Source: Patescibacteria group bacterium (GTDB taxonomy: Bacteria > Patescibacteriota > Minisyncoccia > UBA6257 > Colwellbacteraceae). From it: 64,000 nt of DNA. The stretch lies in contig JAMCRD010000006.1 in the NCBI GenBank assembly GCA_023380475.1, positions 2,546-66,545 on the forward strand, given 5' to 3'. Made by a program: the position numbers and the translations under genes. Below the pieces are notes generated by a model that worked only from the letters and a program-made list of their open reading frames with translations, was not told the DNA's origin and did not search any database. Positions 37,502 to 46,873 of this stretch are shown here, one piece after another (within the stretch, counting starts at the first letter, position 1; each line of letters begins with the position of its first letter).

Positions 37502-38509
37502 TTAGTAAAAGAGCTTACTCCAAAGCTCCCTATCGATTTTCAAATTCTTCTTATACCAATCAAATTCCTTCTTGACGCCATCCGCTATCCAGATCTTTGG
37601 TCTCCAGCCCAATTCTCTCCAGGCTTTTGTATTATCCTGACAAAGATAAAGAAGGTTCCCAGGCAATCTAATTCTACCGTCATTAAGTATCTTTGAGGGT
37701 TTGCCTTCTTTTACATCTTCATATAACACCCTACATCCACTTATTTTCGCTACCATGTGAGCGAGTTCCGAAATAGTCGTTTTTTGAGATGAGGAAACAT
37801 TAAAGATGTGGCTTCCGGGCTTAAGTTCTTTCGACAACAGAATCGCATGAAGCCGAACAACATCTTCCACGTTGCAATAATCACGGACCTCGCTACCTTC
37901 CCCGAAAACTACAATCTTCCTCCTTATTATGCTGTTTTTTATAAAAAGTGTTAAAACCCTCCCGAACCATTCGCGGATACCGTAGATGATTGAGTACCTT
38001 AAACCGATGAAAGGAATCCTAAGTTGATCGGAATAAATTTTTGCCAAAAGCTCGGTGGAATACTTAGAAACGCCGTATATCCAATGCGGATCTATTGGGT
38101 CATCCTCGCTCTGGAGTTCCGATTTAGCCTGACCGTAAACAGCCGCCGATGAAGCATAAATAAAAAGCTTCAGCTTGGGACATTTTTTAGCAAACTCCAT
38201 CATATTCGTCGTACCTATTAAATTAGAGGTTATATCCTCCTGTGGGAAATCTATACATCTAGTGATCTCAAGTTGTGCCGCATGATGATTTATAACGTCG
38301 ATATCGGTCGGAAGTTTGGATATAAAATTTTCGTCGAGAATGTCCCCAAAAATAAACTGGATGTGTTTATCTTTCAATCGGCGGTAAATGTTTTCTATTC
38401 TACCGCTCCTGAAGTTATCCACAACGATAACTTCATGTCCCTGTTTCACGTACATATCAAGAATATTACTGCCAATAAAACCAGCACCTCCCGTAAGTAG
38501 AATCTTCAT
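37502..38509 (-). CDS. NAD-dependent sugar epimerase/dehydratase
   Basis: MKILLTGGAGFIGSN Rossmann; YGVSK catalytic YxxxK. Confidence 0.75.
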   Translation of the reverse strand: MKILLTGGAGFIGSNILDMYVKQGHEVIVVDNFRSGRIENIYRRLKDKHIQFIFGDILDENFISKLPTDIDVINHHAAQLEITRCIDFPQEDITSNLIGTTNMMEFAKKCPKLKLFIYASSAAVYGQAKSELQSEDDPIDPHWIYGVSKYSTELLAKIYSDQLRIPFIGLRYSIIYGIREWFGRVLTLFIKNSIIRRKIVVFGEGSEVRDYCNVEDVVRLHAILLSKELKPGSHIFNVSSSQKTTISELAHMVAKISGCRVLYEDVKEGKPSKILNDGRIRLPGNLLYLCQDNTKAWRELGWRPKIWIADGVKKEFDWYKKNLKIDRELWSKLFY

Positions 38510-39072
38510 ACTTTTATAAATTTGACGTGGCTTCTTCTAGCGGATTCTTCGTCGTCGTTTGAATTTCCAATGAACGCAACATCTTTTTTGCTCATCTGCC
38601 AGAATCTTATAATTCTGTCTATATCTAGGCCCGTAGGCTTCGGTTCTAGACAATTCTCTTTGAAAATAACGATGCTCGGTTTTTTGACAAGGAACTTATC
38701 AATAAAATTTAAAACGCATCTTTTAGTGTTCATCGAATATATCGCAAACTTTATATCATTTTTATTTACGACATCTAAGAGTGTTTTATTCACATTGTAA
38801 TTCTCCGTTCTAGTTTCAAAATCTGAGATGATGCCCACAAGCTTGTTAAATATTCCTTGGCCATAGTTACTCCTAATATAGAATAGCTGCTGATTCAAGG
38901 GAGAGAATTTCAAAACCTCCCCGACCTCGGAAAAAAAATATTCTGAAAGTTCTTTCTTTAGGACACTCCAATCTACTCCTAGGTTCACCAGAGTGCCATC
39001 CAAGTCGAAAATAAATGCCTTATGTCTTAAGAGTTTATCGGGGTCAAATTTGTTCGCCGGTCCATTCATCAT
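38506..39072 (-). CDS. HAD-family hydrolase
   Basis: FIFDLDGTLV motif I near N-terminus; later GNSNDD motif. Confidence 0.6.
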   Translation of the reverse strand: MMNGPANKFDPDKLLRHKAFIFDLDGTLVNLGVDWSVLKKELSEYFFSEVGEVLKFSPLNQQLFYIRSNYGQGIFNKLVGIISDFETRTENYNVNKTLLDVVNKNDIKFAIYSMNTKRCVLNFIDKFLVKKPSIVIFKENCLEPKPTGLDIDRIIRFWQMSKKDVAFIGNSNDDEESARRSHVKFIKV

Positions 39073-40114
39073 CTTTTATTAATTTATACCCCATATCAAT
39101 CATTCTAACCCAATACCAATCAGGTGGTACATTGTCGAACTGCTTCAGTTTGCTGTTGACTTCCTCACCCAATCCAATCTTGGTGTAATAATACGGCATA
39201 TTCGCTCCGGCTTTACTAAAAAAGAAGCTTGTGGTGAAAAATCTACCGACGTTTATTTCTATCAATTTTATTTTTCCGTTTTTGTCCGTTTTCATATCGG
39301 CACAAAATATCCCAGAAGCCTTCGGATCAATCACCTTCACGGCCTTGTAGACCAGTTGATTGATTTCCTCGTTCTGGACCGTCCTGGCCACAGAGGGGCT
39401 AGAAGATTGCCCACTTGGAGTTAAATTGCCGAAAATGTATTCTATCCTCTCCCGCGCTTGTGACATTATTAATTCTCCATTCAACCACAAACTCTGAAAG
39501 GCGTATTCTCTACCAGGCAAAAATTCGCTGACCATGAAATCGCCGTAGCCCAGTCCTTTCATCTCCTTCCAATAGTCTATCCACATCTTGGCGTGTTCGA
39601 GTTTTTTGACCGGCAATGCAGCACGAGACCCCGCGCCGCGAATAGCTCTCACCCACACCTTTTCATTGGTTCTGAATAGGTTTTGGAGAGCTGCTTCGAG
39701 ATCTTTTTCTGACCTAAGATAAAAGGCGTCCGGAACCGCTATGTCATGAGTTTTCAAGAGGCTATTGAACTGCATCTTGTTTTGGCAAATTTCAACCGTC
39801 TCTGGATCGGGCAGAAACGTTCTTGCCCTTATCCTACTCTTGTTTTTAGATAAGAAATTAACCTCAACGTCCGGTTGGGAATGCACAAAATCTATTTTTT
39901 CCTTTTCGATTAATTTATTTAACTTATCAATATAATTCGGGTCGTCTACCCCTGGTATGATGTACCTCTTATCAACATGAGCAAGCTCAATATGGTATCG
40001 GCTCATGTCGGCTCCGACTATATAAAATCTTTCATCCTTCGGATTACTTCTTAGCGATTCTATAAAATTATATGCCGCCGAACCGCCGGCGCCTGTGACC
40101 AATATTCTTTTCAT
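39044..40114 (-). CDS. ATP-grasp domain protein
   Basis: 356 aa; pre-ATP-grasp Rossmann (ILVTGAGGSAAYNF), ATP-grasp-like central region; family assignment is moderate. Confidence 0.5.
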   Translation of the reverse strand: MKRILVTGAGGSAAYNFIESLRSNPKDERFYIVGADMSRYHIELAHVDKRYIIPGVDDPNYIDKLNKLIEKEKIDFVHSQPDVEVNFLSKNKSRIRARTFLPDPETVEICQNKMQFNSLLKTHDIAVPDAFYLRSEKDLEAALQNLFRTNEKVWVRAIRGAGSRAALPVKKLEHAKMWIDYWKEMKGLGYGDFMVSEFLPGREYAFQSLWLNGELIMSQARERIEYIFGNLTPSGQSSSPSVARTVQNEEINQLVYKAVKVIDPKASGIFCADMKTDKNGKIKLIEINVGRFFTTSFFFSKAGANMPYYYTKIGLGEEVNSKLKQFDNVPPDWYWVRMIDMGYKLIKDDEWTGEQI

Positions 40115-40130
40115 ACTATGTGTTGCAATT

Positions 40131-41090
40131 TCAGCTCAGCGCTGTTTTTAAAGCCTCGATAGCGAATCGAGAATCACATTTCTTATTATTAGTGACGCAA
40201 TCTATAAAGTACAGAATCTCCTCTTTCAGCGGCTCCTTTGTCGCGACCGTTATATTCATGACATCGGGCTCTGAAAAATGCAGAATATAGTCAGAAAAAT
40301 CTCCCTTGGTCTCTTTAAACTTATCATAATTACTCTTGAAAAAGCTTATTTGCTGACTAATATAATCCATCTCCAGATAACCTTCCGATCCCGTAATACT
40401 TAGCTTCCTAATTTTCACCGGCGTGATCCAGTTTGCTTGGACAAACGCAGAGGCATTGTTGTACTTCAGAAAGAATTCAACCGAATCATCTCGTCGGACA
40501 ATGTGATTCCTCTGCCTATTTACATACACCTCGACCGGTAGTCGCTCAAGTAAATAATTAACGATATCTATATCATGTATTGCCAAATCAACAGCGATAT
40601 CCGCGTCTTTTATCTGGGGAGGGAAACCACCAACCCTCCTTGCAATAATATTAATGATGTTCCCGAGCTCTCCCTTGTCGACCATGTTTTTAATCTTCAA
40701 CACTGCTGGATTAAATCTTTCGATATGACCAACAAGAAACTTCGCGCCAGTCGCTTCAGCCGCTTTCAACAAATCCTCGGCCGCTTTTAAGTCCATAGTT
40801 ATGGGTTTTTCAAGCAATACGTTTATACCACGGTTCAAACATTCTTTTGCGACCTCATGGTGTAACACAGTAGGGACACACACCGAGACCACAAGCGGCT
40901 TTTCGGCATCCAGCATCTGCTTATAATTCACATAGCCCATCGAGTTAAATCTTTTTGCAGACTCGTCGACGACAGCGGGGTTGGTATCTGCAAGCGCGAC
41001 TAATTCAACACCGGGAATTTCTGAGTACACACGAGCGTGATTCCTGCCCATATTGCCAACCCCTATCACTGCACACTTTATTTTCTTCAT
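40131..41090 (-). CDS. Gfo/Idh/MocA family oxidoreductase (sugar-nucleotide dehydrogenase-like)
   Basis: CAVIGVGNMGRNHARVY N-terminal Rossmann and EKP motif typical of the family. Confidence 0.8.
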   Translation of the reverse strand: MKKIKCAVIGVGNMGRNHARVYSEIPGVELVALADTNPAVVDESAKRFNSMGYVNYKQMLDAEKPLVVSVCVPTVLHHEVAKECLNRGINVLLEKPITMDLKAAEDLLKAAEATGAKFLVGHIERFNPAVLKIKNMVDKGELGNIINIIARRVGGFPPQIKDADIAVDLAIHDIDIVNYLLERLPVEVYVNRQRNHIVRRDDSVEFFLKYNNASAFVQANWITPVKIRKLSITGSEGYLEMDYISQQISFFKSNYDKFKETKGDFSDYILHFSEPDVMNITVATKEPLKEEILYFIDCVTNNKKCDSRFAIEALKTALS

Positions 41091-41092
41091 GG

Positions 41093-42190
41093 CTAAATTC
41101 CCTTTATAGTATCTACTATATACTTTATGTCCTGCTCGCTTACTGATGGATTCACCGGCAAGGAAAGGACTTCCTTGCTGATCTTTTCTGAAATCGGGAA
41201 ATCGCCATCTTTATACCCCAAACGCATAAAATGTGGGTGAAGATGAAGGGGTTTTGGATAGAAAACAGCGTTACCTATCCCTCTTCCGGTAAGGTATTGA
41301 GAAAGTTCGTCTCTCTTAATCTTGAACTGATCGGTCACCCTGATCGTATATTGGTGAAAGACATGACTAAAACCATCCTTAACGCTGGGAACCTTAATAC
41401 CCTTGATACCAGCCAGTCCCTCAGAAAGGGCCCTCGCGTTTTTTTGCCTAATTTCATTAAAACCTTTCAATTTTTTAAGTTGTTCGATCCCCATAGCTGC
41501 TTCTATATCGGTCATCCTGTAGTTAAACCCCAAATCATAATACTCATAATGGGTTTTCTCTGACTGCCCGTGGTGTCTGAATCGCTTGACGCTATCTGCG
41601 ATGTTTTCATCATCTGTAACAACCATCCCCCCTTCACCCGTTGTCATATTCTTCGTCGCATAGAAAGAAAAGCATCCCGCACTACCAAATATTCCCGCTC
41701 TTTTCCCCTTATATTCCGCACCATGAGATTGGCAGGCGTCCTCCACTATCCTGAGATTTTTCCTGTGTGCGATTTCACCGATCCCATCCACGTTATAAAT
41801 CTGTCCATAGAGATCAACGGGTAAAATTGCCTTTGTATCGCCGGTCAATTTTTCCTCTATTTTATCTGCATCTATGTTGAAGTCAATCTCATTGACATCC
41901 ACAAAAACTGGTCTCGCACCCTGCATCAGTATGGCATTGGCGGTCGCGACAAAGGTGAATGGCGTTGTAACGACTTCGTCTCCTTTTTTTATACCGCATG
42001 CGTAGAGTGCACAGTGAAGCGCGGCGGTACCACTATTCACCGCAATCGCGTATTTCACCCCACAAAACTCGGCAAAGTCTTTCTCGAATTCCGCAACCAC
42101 CGGACCTTGAGCTATCTTACCTGAGGATAGTACTTTCTCAACTTCGTCAATTTCTTCCCCGCCAATCAATGGTTTTGAGATGTTTATCAT
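41093..42190 (-). CDS. DegT/DnrJ/EryC1/StrS-family PLP-dependent sugar aminotransferase
   Basis: 365 aa; AIAVNSGTAALH, FSFYATKNMTTGEGG (PLP lysine region). Confidence 0.85.
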   Translation of the reverse strand: MINISKPLIGGEEIDEVEKVLSSGKIAQGPVVAEFEKDFAEFCGVKYAIAVNSGTAALHCALYACGIKKGDEVVTTPFTFVATANAILMQGARPVFVDVNEIDFNIDADKIEEKLTGDTKAILPVDLYGQIYNVDGIGEIAHRKNLRIVEDACQSHGAEYKGKRAGIFGSAGCFSFYATKNMTTGEGGMVVTDDENIADSVKRFRHHGQSEKTHYEYYDLGFNYRMTDIEAAMGIEQLKKLKGFNEIRQKNARALSEGLAGIKGIKVPSVKDGFSHVFHQYTIRVTDQFKIKRDELSQYLTGRGIGNAVFYPKPLHLHPHFMRLGYKDGDFPISEKISKEVLSLPVNPSVSEQDIKYIVDTIKGI

Positions 42191-42486
42191 GCCACATTAT
42201 TATAATCCACATTGTTCATGACTAGAACGCACCATACAGTTAACGCCTAGAGGTAACTCTTGTGGCGGCAAGGGGTGACGGTATTCACTGCAGTCATGAA
42301 AAACCAATCAACCTTCTATGGCAAGGAGTTCGGACTCAGATGGTATCACCCGGTTGAGCGGGATTATCAGACGGTCAAGGAAATGCGCCGAGTCTTCGGC
42401 CCACCCAGGAAGACATATCGCATATGTTATGAACGGGTACACTAACTTATAAAATTAACAATATTAGGTTATAATCAGCACTAACT

Positions 42487-43164
42487 ATGTCGGATGTATA
42501 CAAGAAAGTACTTATCTGGACGGTACTTACTATAGCCGTTTTAGCAACAATCACATTGGTCATACTCGGCGTAATGCAACCGGCATCTTCAACTAATCAG
42601 GATTTTGCGGCTACTACAGCTCCCGCGATAACTTCGACAGATCACGTCGAAGGTAGTTCAAACGCTAAGGTGTCAGTGATCGAATACGGAGATTTCCAAT
42701 GCCCAGCCTGCGGAGATTTTTATCCGATTGTTAAACAAATGATCACAAACTACGACAGTAAAATAAAGTTTGCATTTAGAAATTTCCCACTGCCGCAGCA
42801 CCCCGACGCCCAAATAGCGGCTCAAGCCGCAGAAGCGGCTGGCCTGCAAGGGGAGTATTGGCAGATGAATAATCTGCTGTACGAAAAACAAAATGAATGG
42901 ACGATAGCGTCACCATCAATCGTAGTAAGTCAATTCTTCGACAGCTACGCTTCATCATTAGGATTAAATGTTAATAAATTTAACGTCGACATAAATTCGA
43001 CTGAAGTGCTCAACAAGATAAAGGATGATGTTGCCGGAGCAAACTCCGCGGCCGTAAACCATACGCCGACTTTTTTCATAAACCTGAAACAGATCCCCAA
43101 CCCAGACAGCTATGGCCAATTCAAATCAACCATTGATCAAGCCTTATCGGCCGCGGGGGCTTAG
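42487..43164 (+). CDS. DsbA-like thiol:disulfide oxidoreductase, membrane-anchored
   Basis: N-terminal TM; thioredoxin-fold CPAC active site (GDFQCPACGDFYP). Confidence 0.7.
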   Translation: MSDVYKKVLIWTVLTIAVLATITLVILGVMQPASSTNQDFAATTAPAITSTDHVEGSSNAKVSVIEYGDFQCPACGDFYPIVKQMITNYDSKIKFAFRNFPLPQHPDAQIAAQAAEAAGLQGEYWQMNNLLYEKQNEWTIASPSIVVSQFFDSYASSLGLNVNKFNVDINSTEVLNKIKDDVAGANSAAVNHTPTFFINLKQIPNPDSYGQFKSTIDQALSAAGA

Positions 43165-43588
43165 TTTATTGCTCTTGTTAATCGTCGCCCTGAGTTTTCT
43201 GGGGTTTGCTGACGCGACTTATCTCACCGCGGATCACTACCTAAGACTACCCCTGCCGTGCACCACCGCTGGGGGATGTGAAACTGTTTTAACTAGCCGC
43301 TACGCCATGGTAGGGCCAATCCCCCTGGCGGCCATCGGCATCTTGTACTATCTAGCCATACTATTCTTGGCCATGCTGGCCTACACATCTAATCGCGGGC
43401 AGCCGAGAGCCGTAAAACTGGTCCTAGGGATAGTCGTTGCCGGCCTGGTTGCTTCTTTGTTTCTGTTTTATCTGCAGGTATTCGTCATCCACTCTCTGTG
43501 CACGTATTGTCTTGGTTCAGCCATGACTACTTTCATATTGGCTGTGTTAAGCGTCCTGGCACATAGATTATCGGTAAGATATAGTTAA
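43112..43588 (+). CDS. vitamin K epoxide reductase (VKOR)/DsbB-like membrane protein
   Basis: Four or five TM helices with loop cysteines (CTTAGGC) and TM CxxC (CTYC); annotated start overlaps DsbA-like gene by 53 nt, so start uncertain. Confidence 0.65.
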   Translation: MANSNQPLIKPYRPRGLSLLLLLIVALSFLGFADATYLTADHYLRLPLPCTTAGGCETVLTSRYAMVGPIPLAAIGILYYLAILFLAMLAYTSNRGQPRAVKLVLGIVVAGLVASLFLFYLQVFVIHSLCTYCLGSAMTTFILAVLSVLAHRLSVRYS

Positions 43589-43592
43589 ACCG

Positions 43593-44390
43593 ATGTCTGA
43601 CAACATCATCGAAGTTCGTGATTTGGTGAAAGATTTTGACGGCTTCCGAGCCGTCAATGACGTATCGTTTACCGTACCGGCTCGCCGGATATTTTCTTTT
43701 CTGGGACCGAATGGCGCCGGGAAAACCACTTCTATCAAGATACTGACGACGATGCTTCATCCGACCAGCGGGGTGGTCAGAGTAAATGGCTTCGACCCTG
43801 TCACCCAGCAAAATGAGGTGAGGCATTCCTTTGGGATAGTATTCCAAGATCCAAGTCTCGACGATGAATTGACCGCATATGAGAACATGGAGTTTCATGG
43901 CGTGCTTTATGGAATGGATAAGGCGACACGCCGAGCCAGGATAAAAGAACTGCTGGATTTCATGGAATTGTGGGATAGGAAAGACAACCTAGTCAAAGAA
44001 TTTTCGGGAGGGATGAAGCGGCGCTTGGAAATCGCCCGAGGCTTGTTACACCACCCGAAAATACTTTTTATGGACGAACCCACCCTCGGTCTAGACCCCC
44101 AAACCCGCAACCATATCTGGGGCTACATCCGCAACTTAAATAAAACTGAAGGGATCACGGTGTTTTTCACTACTCACTATATCGAAGAGGCCGAGCATGT
44201 GTCGGACACTGTCGCCATCATGGACCACGGCCGGATAATAACCCACGGTTCTCCTGATGAGCTCAAGAGACAGACTGGCGCCTCTTCTTTAGAAGAGGCC
44301 TTCCTGAAATTAACCGGCAGCGCCATAAGGGAAGAGGAGGCAAGCTCCACTGATAGAGCTAGGCAGCGCTATCACCGCATGCACCATTAA
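43593..44390 (+). CDS. ABC transporter ATP-binding protein
   Basis: Walker A GPNGAGKTT, signature FSGGMKRR, Walker B ILFMDEPT. Confidence 0.85.
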   Translation: MSDNIIEVRDLVKDFDGFRAVNDVSFTVPARRIFSFLGPNGAGKTTSIKILTTMLHPTSGVVRVNGFDPVTQQNEVRHSFGIVFQDPSLDDELTAYENMEFHGVLYGMDKATRRARIKELLDFMELWDRKDNLVKEFSGGMKRRLEIARGLLHHPKILFMDEPTLGLDPQTRNHIWGYIRNLNKTEGITVFFTTHYIEEAEHVSDTVAIMDHGRIITHGSPDELKRQTGASSLEEAFLKLTGSAIREEEASSTDRARQRYHRMHH

Positions 44391-44391
44391 G

Positions 44392-45144
44392 ATGAAAGTC
44401 ATATACATACTTTGGTTGAGGCAACTCAAAAGATACTTCCGTTCCAAAGCCAGACTGGTCGGCTCGCTTGGTCAGCCGTTGCTCTTCCTGGTAGCTTTAG
44501 GCTTCGGCTTCGGTCCTATTTTCCAGAAAGCTGGCGGTGGTAATTATATTCAGTTCCTGGCACCAGGAGTTGTGGCTATGGGTATACTGTTTACCGGCAT
44601 CTTCACGGGGGTGGATATAATTTGGGATAGGCAATTCGGCTTTCTAAAGGAGACTCTTGCCGCCCCAGTATCGCGTCTGCAGATAATGTTGGGACGAACC
44701 ATCGGCGGTGCAACGGTTGCTACCATTCAGGGAATAATCGTATTGCTGCTTACTTTTGCAGTTGGATTCAGGCTGGACGGCATGGGTTTCGCTTCGATAG
44801 TGCCAGCCGTGCTGCTCATGTTTGTGATAGCTCTGTTGTTCACAGCTCTGGGAACTGCTATAGCATCACTGCTGCAGGACGTGCAGGGCTTCCAACTGAT
44901 AATGAATTTTTTGGTCATGCCGACTTTCTTTCTATCGGGAGCCTTGTTCCCATTGGAGGGATTACCGAGGGTGATTTCCGATATCGCCAGCGCCGATCCT
45001 CTTACTTACGGTATAGATGGCTTGCGCGGAATACTAACCAACTCCGCTCACTTCAACATGTACACCGACGTACTTGTGTCGCTGATAGTAATGGTTGTAC
45101 TGGTCGCGATCGGCAGTTACCTGTTCACAAAGATAGAGATTTAA
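44392..45144 (+). CDS. ABC-2 family transporter permease
   Basis: 250 aa, 6 TM helices; starts 2 nt after ATPase gene. Confidence 0.7.
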   Translation: MKVIYILWLRQLKRYFRSKARLVGSLGQPLLFLVALGFGFGPIFQKAGGGNYIQFLAPGVVAMGILFTGIFTGVDIIWDRQFGFLKETLAAPVSRLQIMLGRTIGGATVATIQGIIVLLLTFAVGFRLDGMGFASIVPAVLLMFVIALLFTALGTAIASLLQDVQGFQLIMNFLVMPTFFLSGALFPLEGLPRVISDIASADPLTYGIDGLRGILTNSAHFNMYTDVLVSLIVMVVLVAIGSYLFTKIEI

Positions 45145-45146
45145 TT

Positions 45147-45221
45147 TGGCGGGGGCGCCAGGATTTGAACCTGGAAGTCAGGATTTGGAGTCCCGCAGTT
45201 TGCCGTTAAGCTTACACCCCC
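45147..45221 (-). tRNA. tRNA-Trp(CCA)
   Basis: Minus strand: acceptor GGGGGTG/CGCCCCC, anticodon loop CTCCAAA, T loop GGTTCAAATCC, CCA encoded. Confidence 0.7.
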
Positions 45222-45524
45222 TTAGGACCCTATCACTATTTGTTATTTCGGCGCATAAATCAAGCTCCGTTTATACGAAATCTTCTGGGTGTATCGACAA
45301 ACCGCAAGCTTTGGATTCAAATTACGGTTATCCCGCCAATTAATCGACGTCGCAAAAATTGACCTCGATGAGGCAGGGTAAAAGATTCATTGCCATATTG
45401 GCAAAAGGCGACAAACCCGCAAACACTATGAGCTATGTCGCTAAACGTTCTTTATAATCGCTTTCGATCCCCTTTGAGAATCTTTAAGAGGGTCACAGAG
45501 TCCGACTACGGCCGGATTTACAAT

Positions 45525-45558
45525 AGCGACGAAGTTCCAAACTTCGTCGCTTATTTTT
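45525..45558 (+). terminator. hairpin followed by T-tract
   Basis: AGCGACGAAGT-loop-ACTTCGTCGCT followed by TATTTTT. Confidence 0.35.
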
Positions 45559-45565
45559 GCTAAAA

Positions 45566-45594
45566 AAGAGGCTTTTTAGGCCCCATTGACAAAT
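45566..45594 (+). promoter_or_regulatory. sigma-70-like promoter (TTGACA-17-TCTAAT)
   Basis: Near-consensus -35, 17-nt spacer, TGnTCTAAT-like -10; no ORF of 60 aa or more downstream before a terminator. Confidence 0.4.
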
Positions 45595-45600
45595 ACCCTG

Positions 45601-45910
45601 TTATGTGTTCTAATGTAGGCACTGAATCGGCGCACGCCTTAAAGCCAAACACTAATAGCCGGAGGTAAGCTGATTCAGATGGGAAAAGGTTCTTTTATAT
45701 AAAGTGTCAGTAAAAAGGAGGCTACGAAAAACATTATGTAGCTTGTGTCGCTTTTGTCGACACTGCCTATAGACTGACCAATTGTGGTATATCACTCGCA
45801 TTACGATCGGCGGTTAAACCTCCGTCGATGCCAGTCCGATGAAACCGGATTGAATAATGTCAGTGATAGGAACGGCGGAGATTATCCACATCCCGCCGTT
45901 TTTTTGTCGG
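45601..45910 (+). ncRNA. candidate approximately 300-nt non-coding RNA of unknown family
   Basis: Bounded by the promoter above and terminator below; no long ORF; contains AAGGAGG followed by AUG-UAG start-stop; compared by eye against RNase P, tmRNA, SRP and 6S hallmarks with no match. Confidence 0.3.
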
Positions 45911-45915
45911 TATTA
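45881..45915 (+). terminator. rho-independent terminator
   Basis: ACGGCGG...CCGCCGT stem followed by TTTTTTT. Confidence 0.45.
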
Positions 45916-45921
45916 AACCTT

Positions 45922-45951
45922 TTGACAGAAGACATAAGCATGTCCTAATAT
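45922..45951 (+). promoter_or_regulatory. sigma-70-like promoter for arsR-family gene (TTGACA-18-TAATAT), near-leaderless
   Basis: -10 ends 9 nt before ATG 45961. Confidence 0.4.
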
Positions 45952-45960
45952 TTCCAGGCA

Positions 45961-46260
45961 ATGTCCGATCTATGTTCGGAGGTAAATAGTTTTGGCAAAG
46001 CTTTCAGTAATAGAACCCGCTATCGGATCATCGAAGCCTTACTAAGGGGTCGCAAGACTGTTGGCGAGCTGGTTAGGATAGTCAAACTGTCACAACCGGC
46101 GGTCTCTCAGCATCTCAAAGTACTTAAGTCGTATAAAATAGTCATCGACGAGCGGCGCGGCCAGGAAATTTTTTACACCGTAAACACCGAATATGTGTTG
46201 TATTTACTGAAATGCATGATCAGCGATATGAACAGGAGAAATAAGTCTAGAAATGGGTGA
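45961..46260 (+). CDS. ArsR/SmtB-family transcriptional regulator
   Basis: 99 aa; winged HTH with SQPAVSQHLKVLK recognition helix. Confidence 0.8.
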   Translation: MSDLCSEVNSFGKAFSNRTRYRIIEALLRGRKTVGELVRIVKLSQPAVSQHLKVLKSYKIVIDERRGQEIFYTVNTEYVLYLLKCMISDMNRRNKSRNG

Positions 46261-46828
46261 CCGCATAAAACTACGGGTGATACTGGGCAGCACGCGTCAA
46301 GGCAGGCTAGGCGACAAACTCGCCAAATGGATACATGACCTAGCCAAAGAAAGGGGCGATCTGGACGTAGAATTATTGGATCTGCGCGATTACCCTTTGC
46401 CGTTCTTGGGCGAGGAGGCGCGGTCGGCCAGTGAACCAGCTGACAAGTTGATAGCGGCTTGGGCCACGAAAGTAAGTGAGGCTGATGGTTTTATAATAGC
46501 AACTGCAGAATACAATCACGGCTACCCAGCTGTTTTAAAGAATGCACTGGACTCCATAAAAAATGAGTGGAGCAACAAGCCTGTAGCTTTTGTAAGCTGG
46601 GGTGGTGTATCCGGTGGGGCCAGAGCTGTCGAACAGTTAAGACAAGTTGTAGTTGAGCTACAGATGGTGCCGATAAGAAACGCTGTACATATACCGTTTG
46701 TGTGGAATCTGATGGACGACGACGGCTCCTTAAAGCCCGAGGCACTCAATGTACACCAAGAAGGTGCAAAGAACTTATTAGATCAACTGGTTTGGTGGGC
46801 CAAGATACTTAAAACCGCCCGGGTGTAA
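46253..46828 (+). CDS. NAD(P)H-dependent FMN reductase (flavodoxin-like fold)
   Basis: KLRVILGSTRQGRLGDKLAKW N-terminus, TAEYNHGYPAVLKNALD; overlaps arsR-family gene by 8 nt. Confidence 0.7.
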   Translation: MGDRIKLRVILGSTRQGRLGDKLAKWIHDLAKERGDLDVELLDLRDYPLPFLGEEARSASEPADKLIAAWATKVSEADGFIIATAEYNHGYPAVLKNALDSIKNEWSNKPVAFVSWGGVSGGARAVEQLRQVVVELQMVPIRNAVHIPFVWNLMDDDGSLKPEALNVHQEGAKNLLDQLVWWAKILKTARV

Positions 46829-46873
46829 AATAACGTCTGTGCCATAAAAACAGGCGGCTTTGAAACTCTGCTG

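Noticed and set aside
45146-45343. 65-aa plus-strand ORF
   Set aside because: Overlaps tRNA-Trp (minus strand) and lies in an otherwise non-coding gap; no RBS.
45601-45910. Identification of the ~300-nt RNA as RNase P RNA, tmRNA, SRP RNA or 6S RNA
   Set aside because: It lacks GGAAAGUCCGGGCUCC-type P4 sequence, a tRNA-like T-arm with CCA, SRP domain IV GGAA/AGCAG motifs, and 6S-like long bulged hairpin features, so it is left as unknown.
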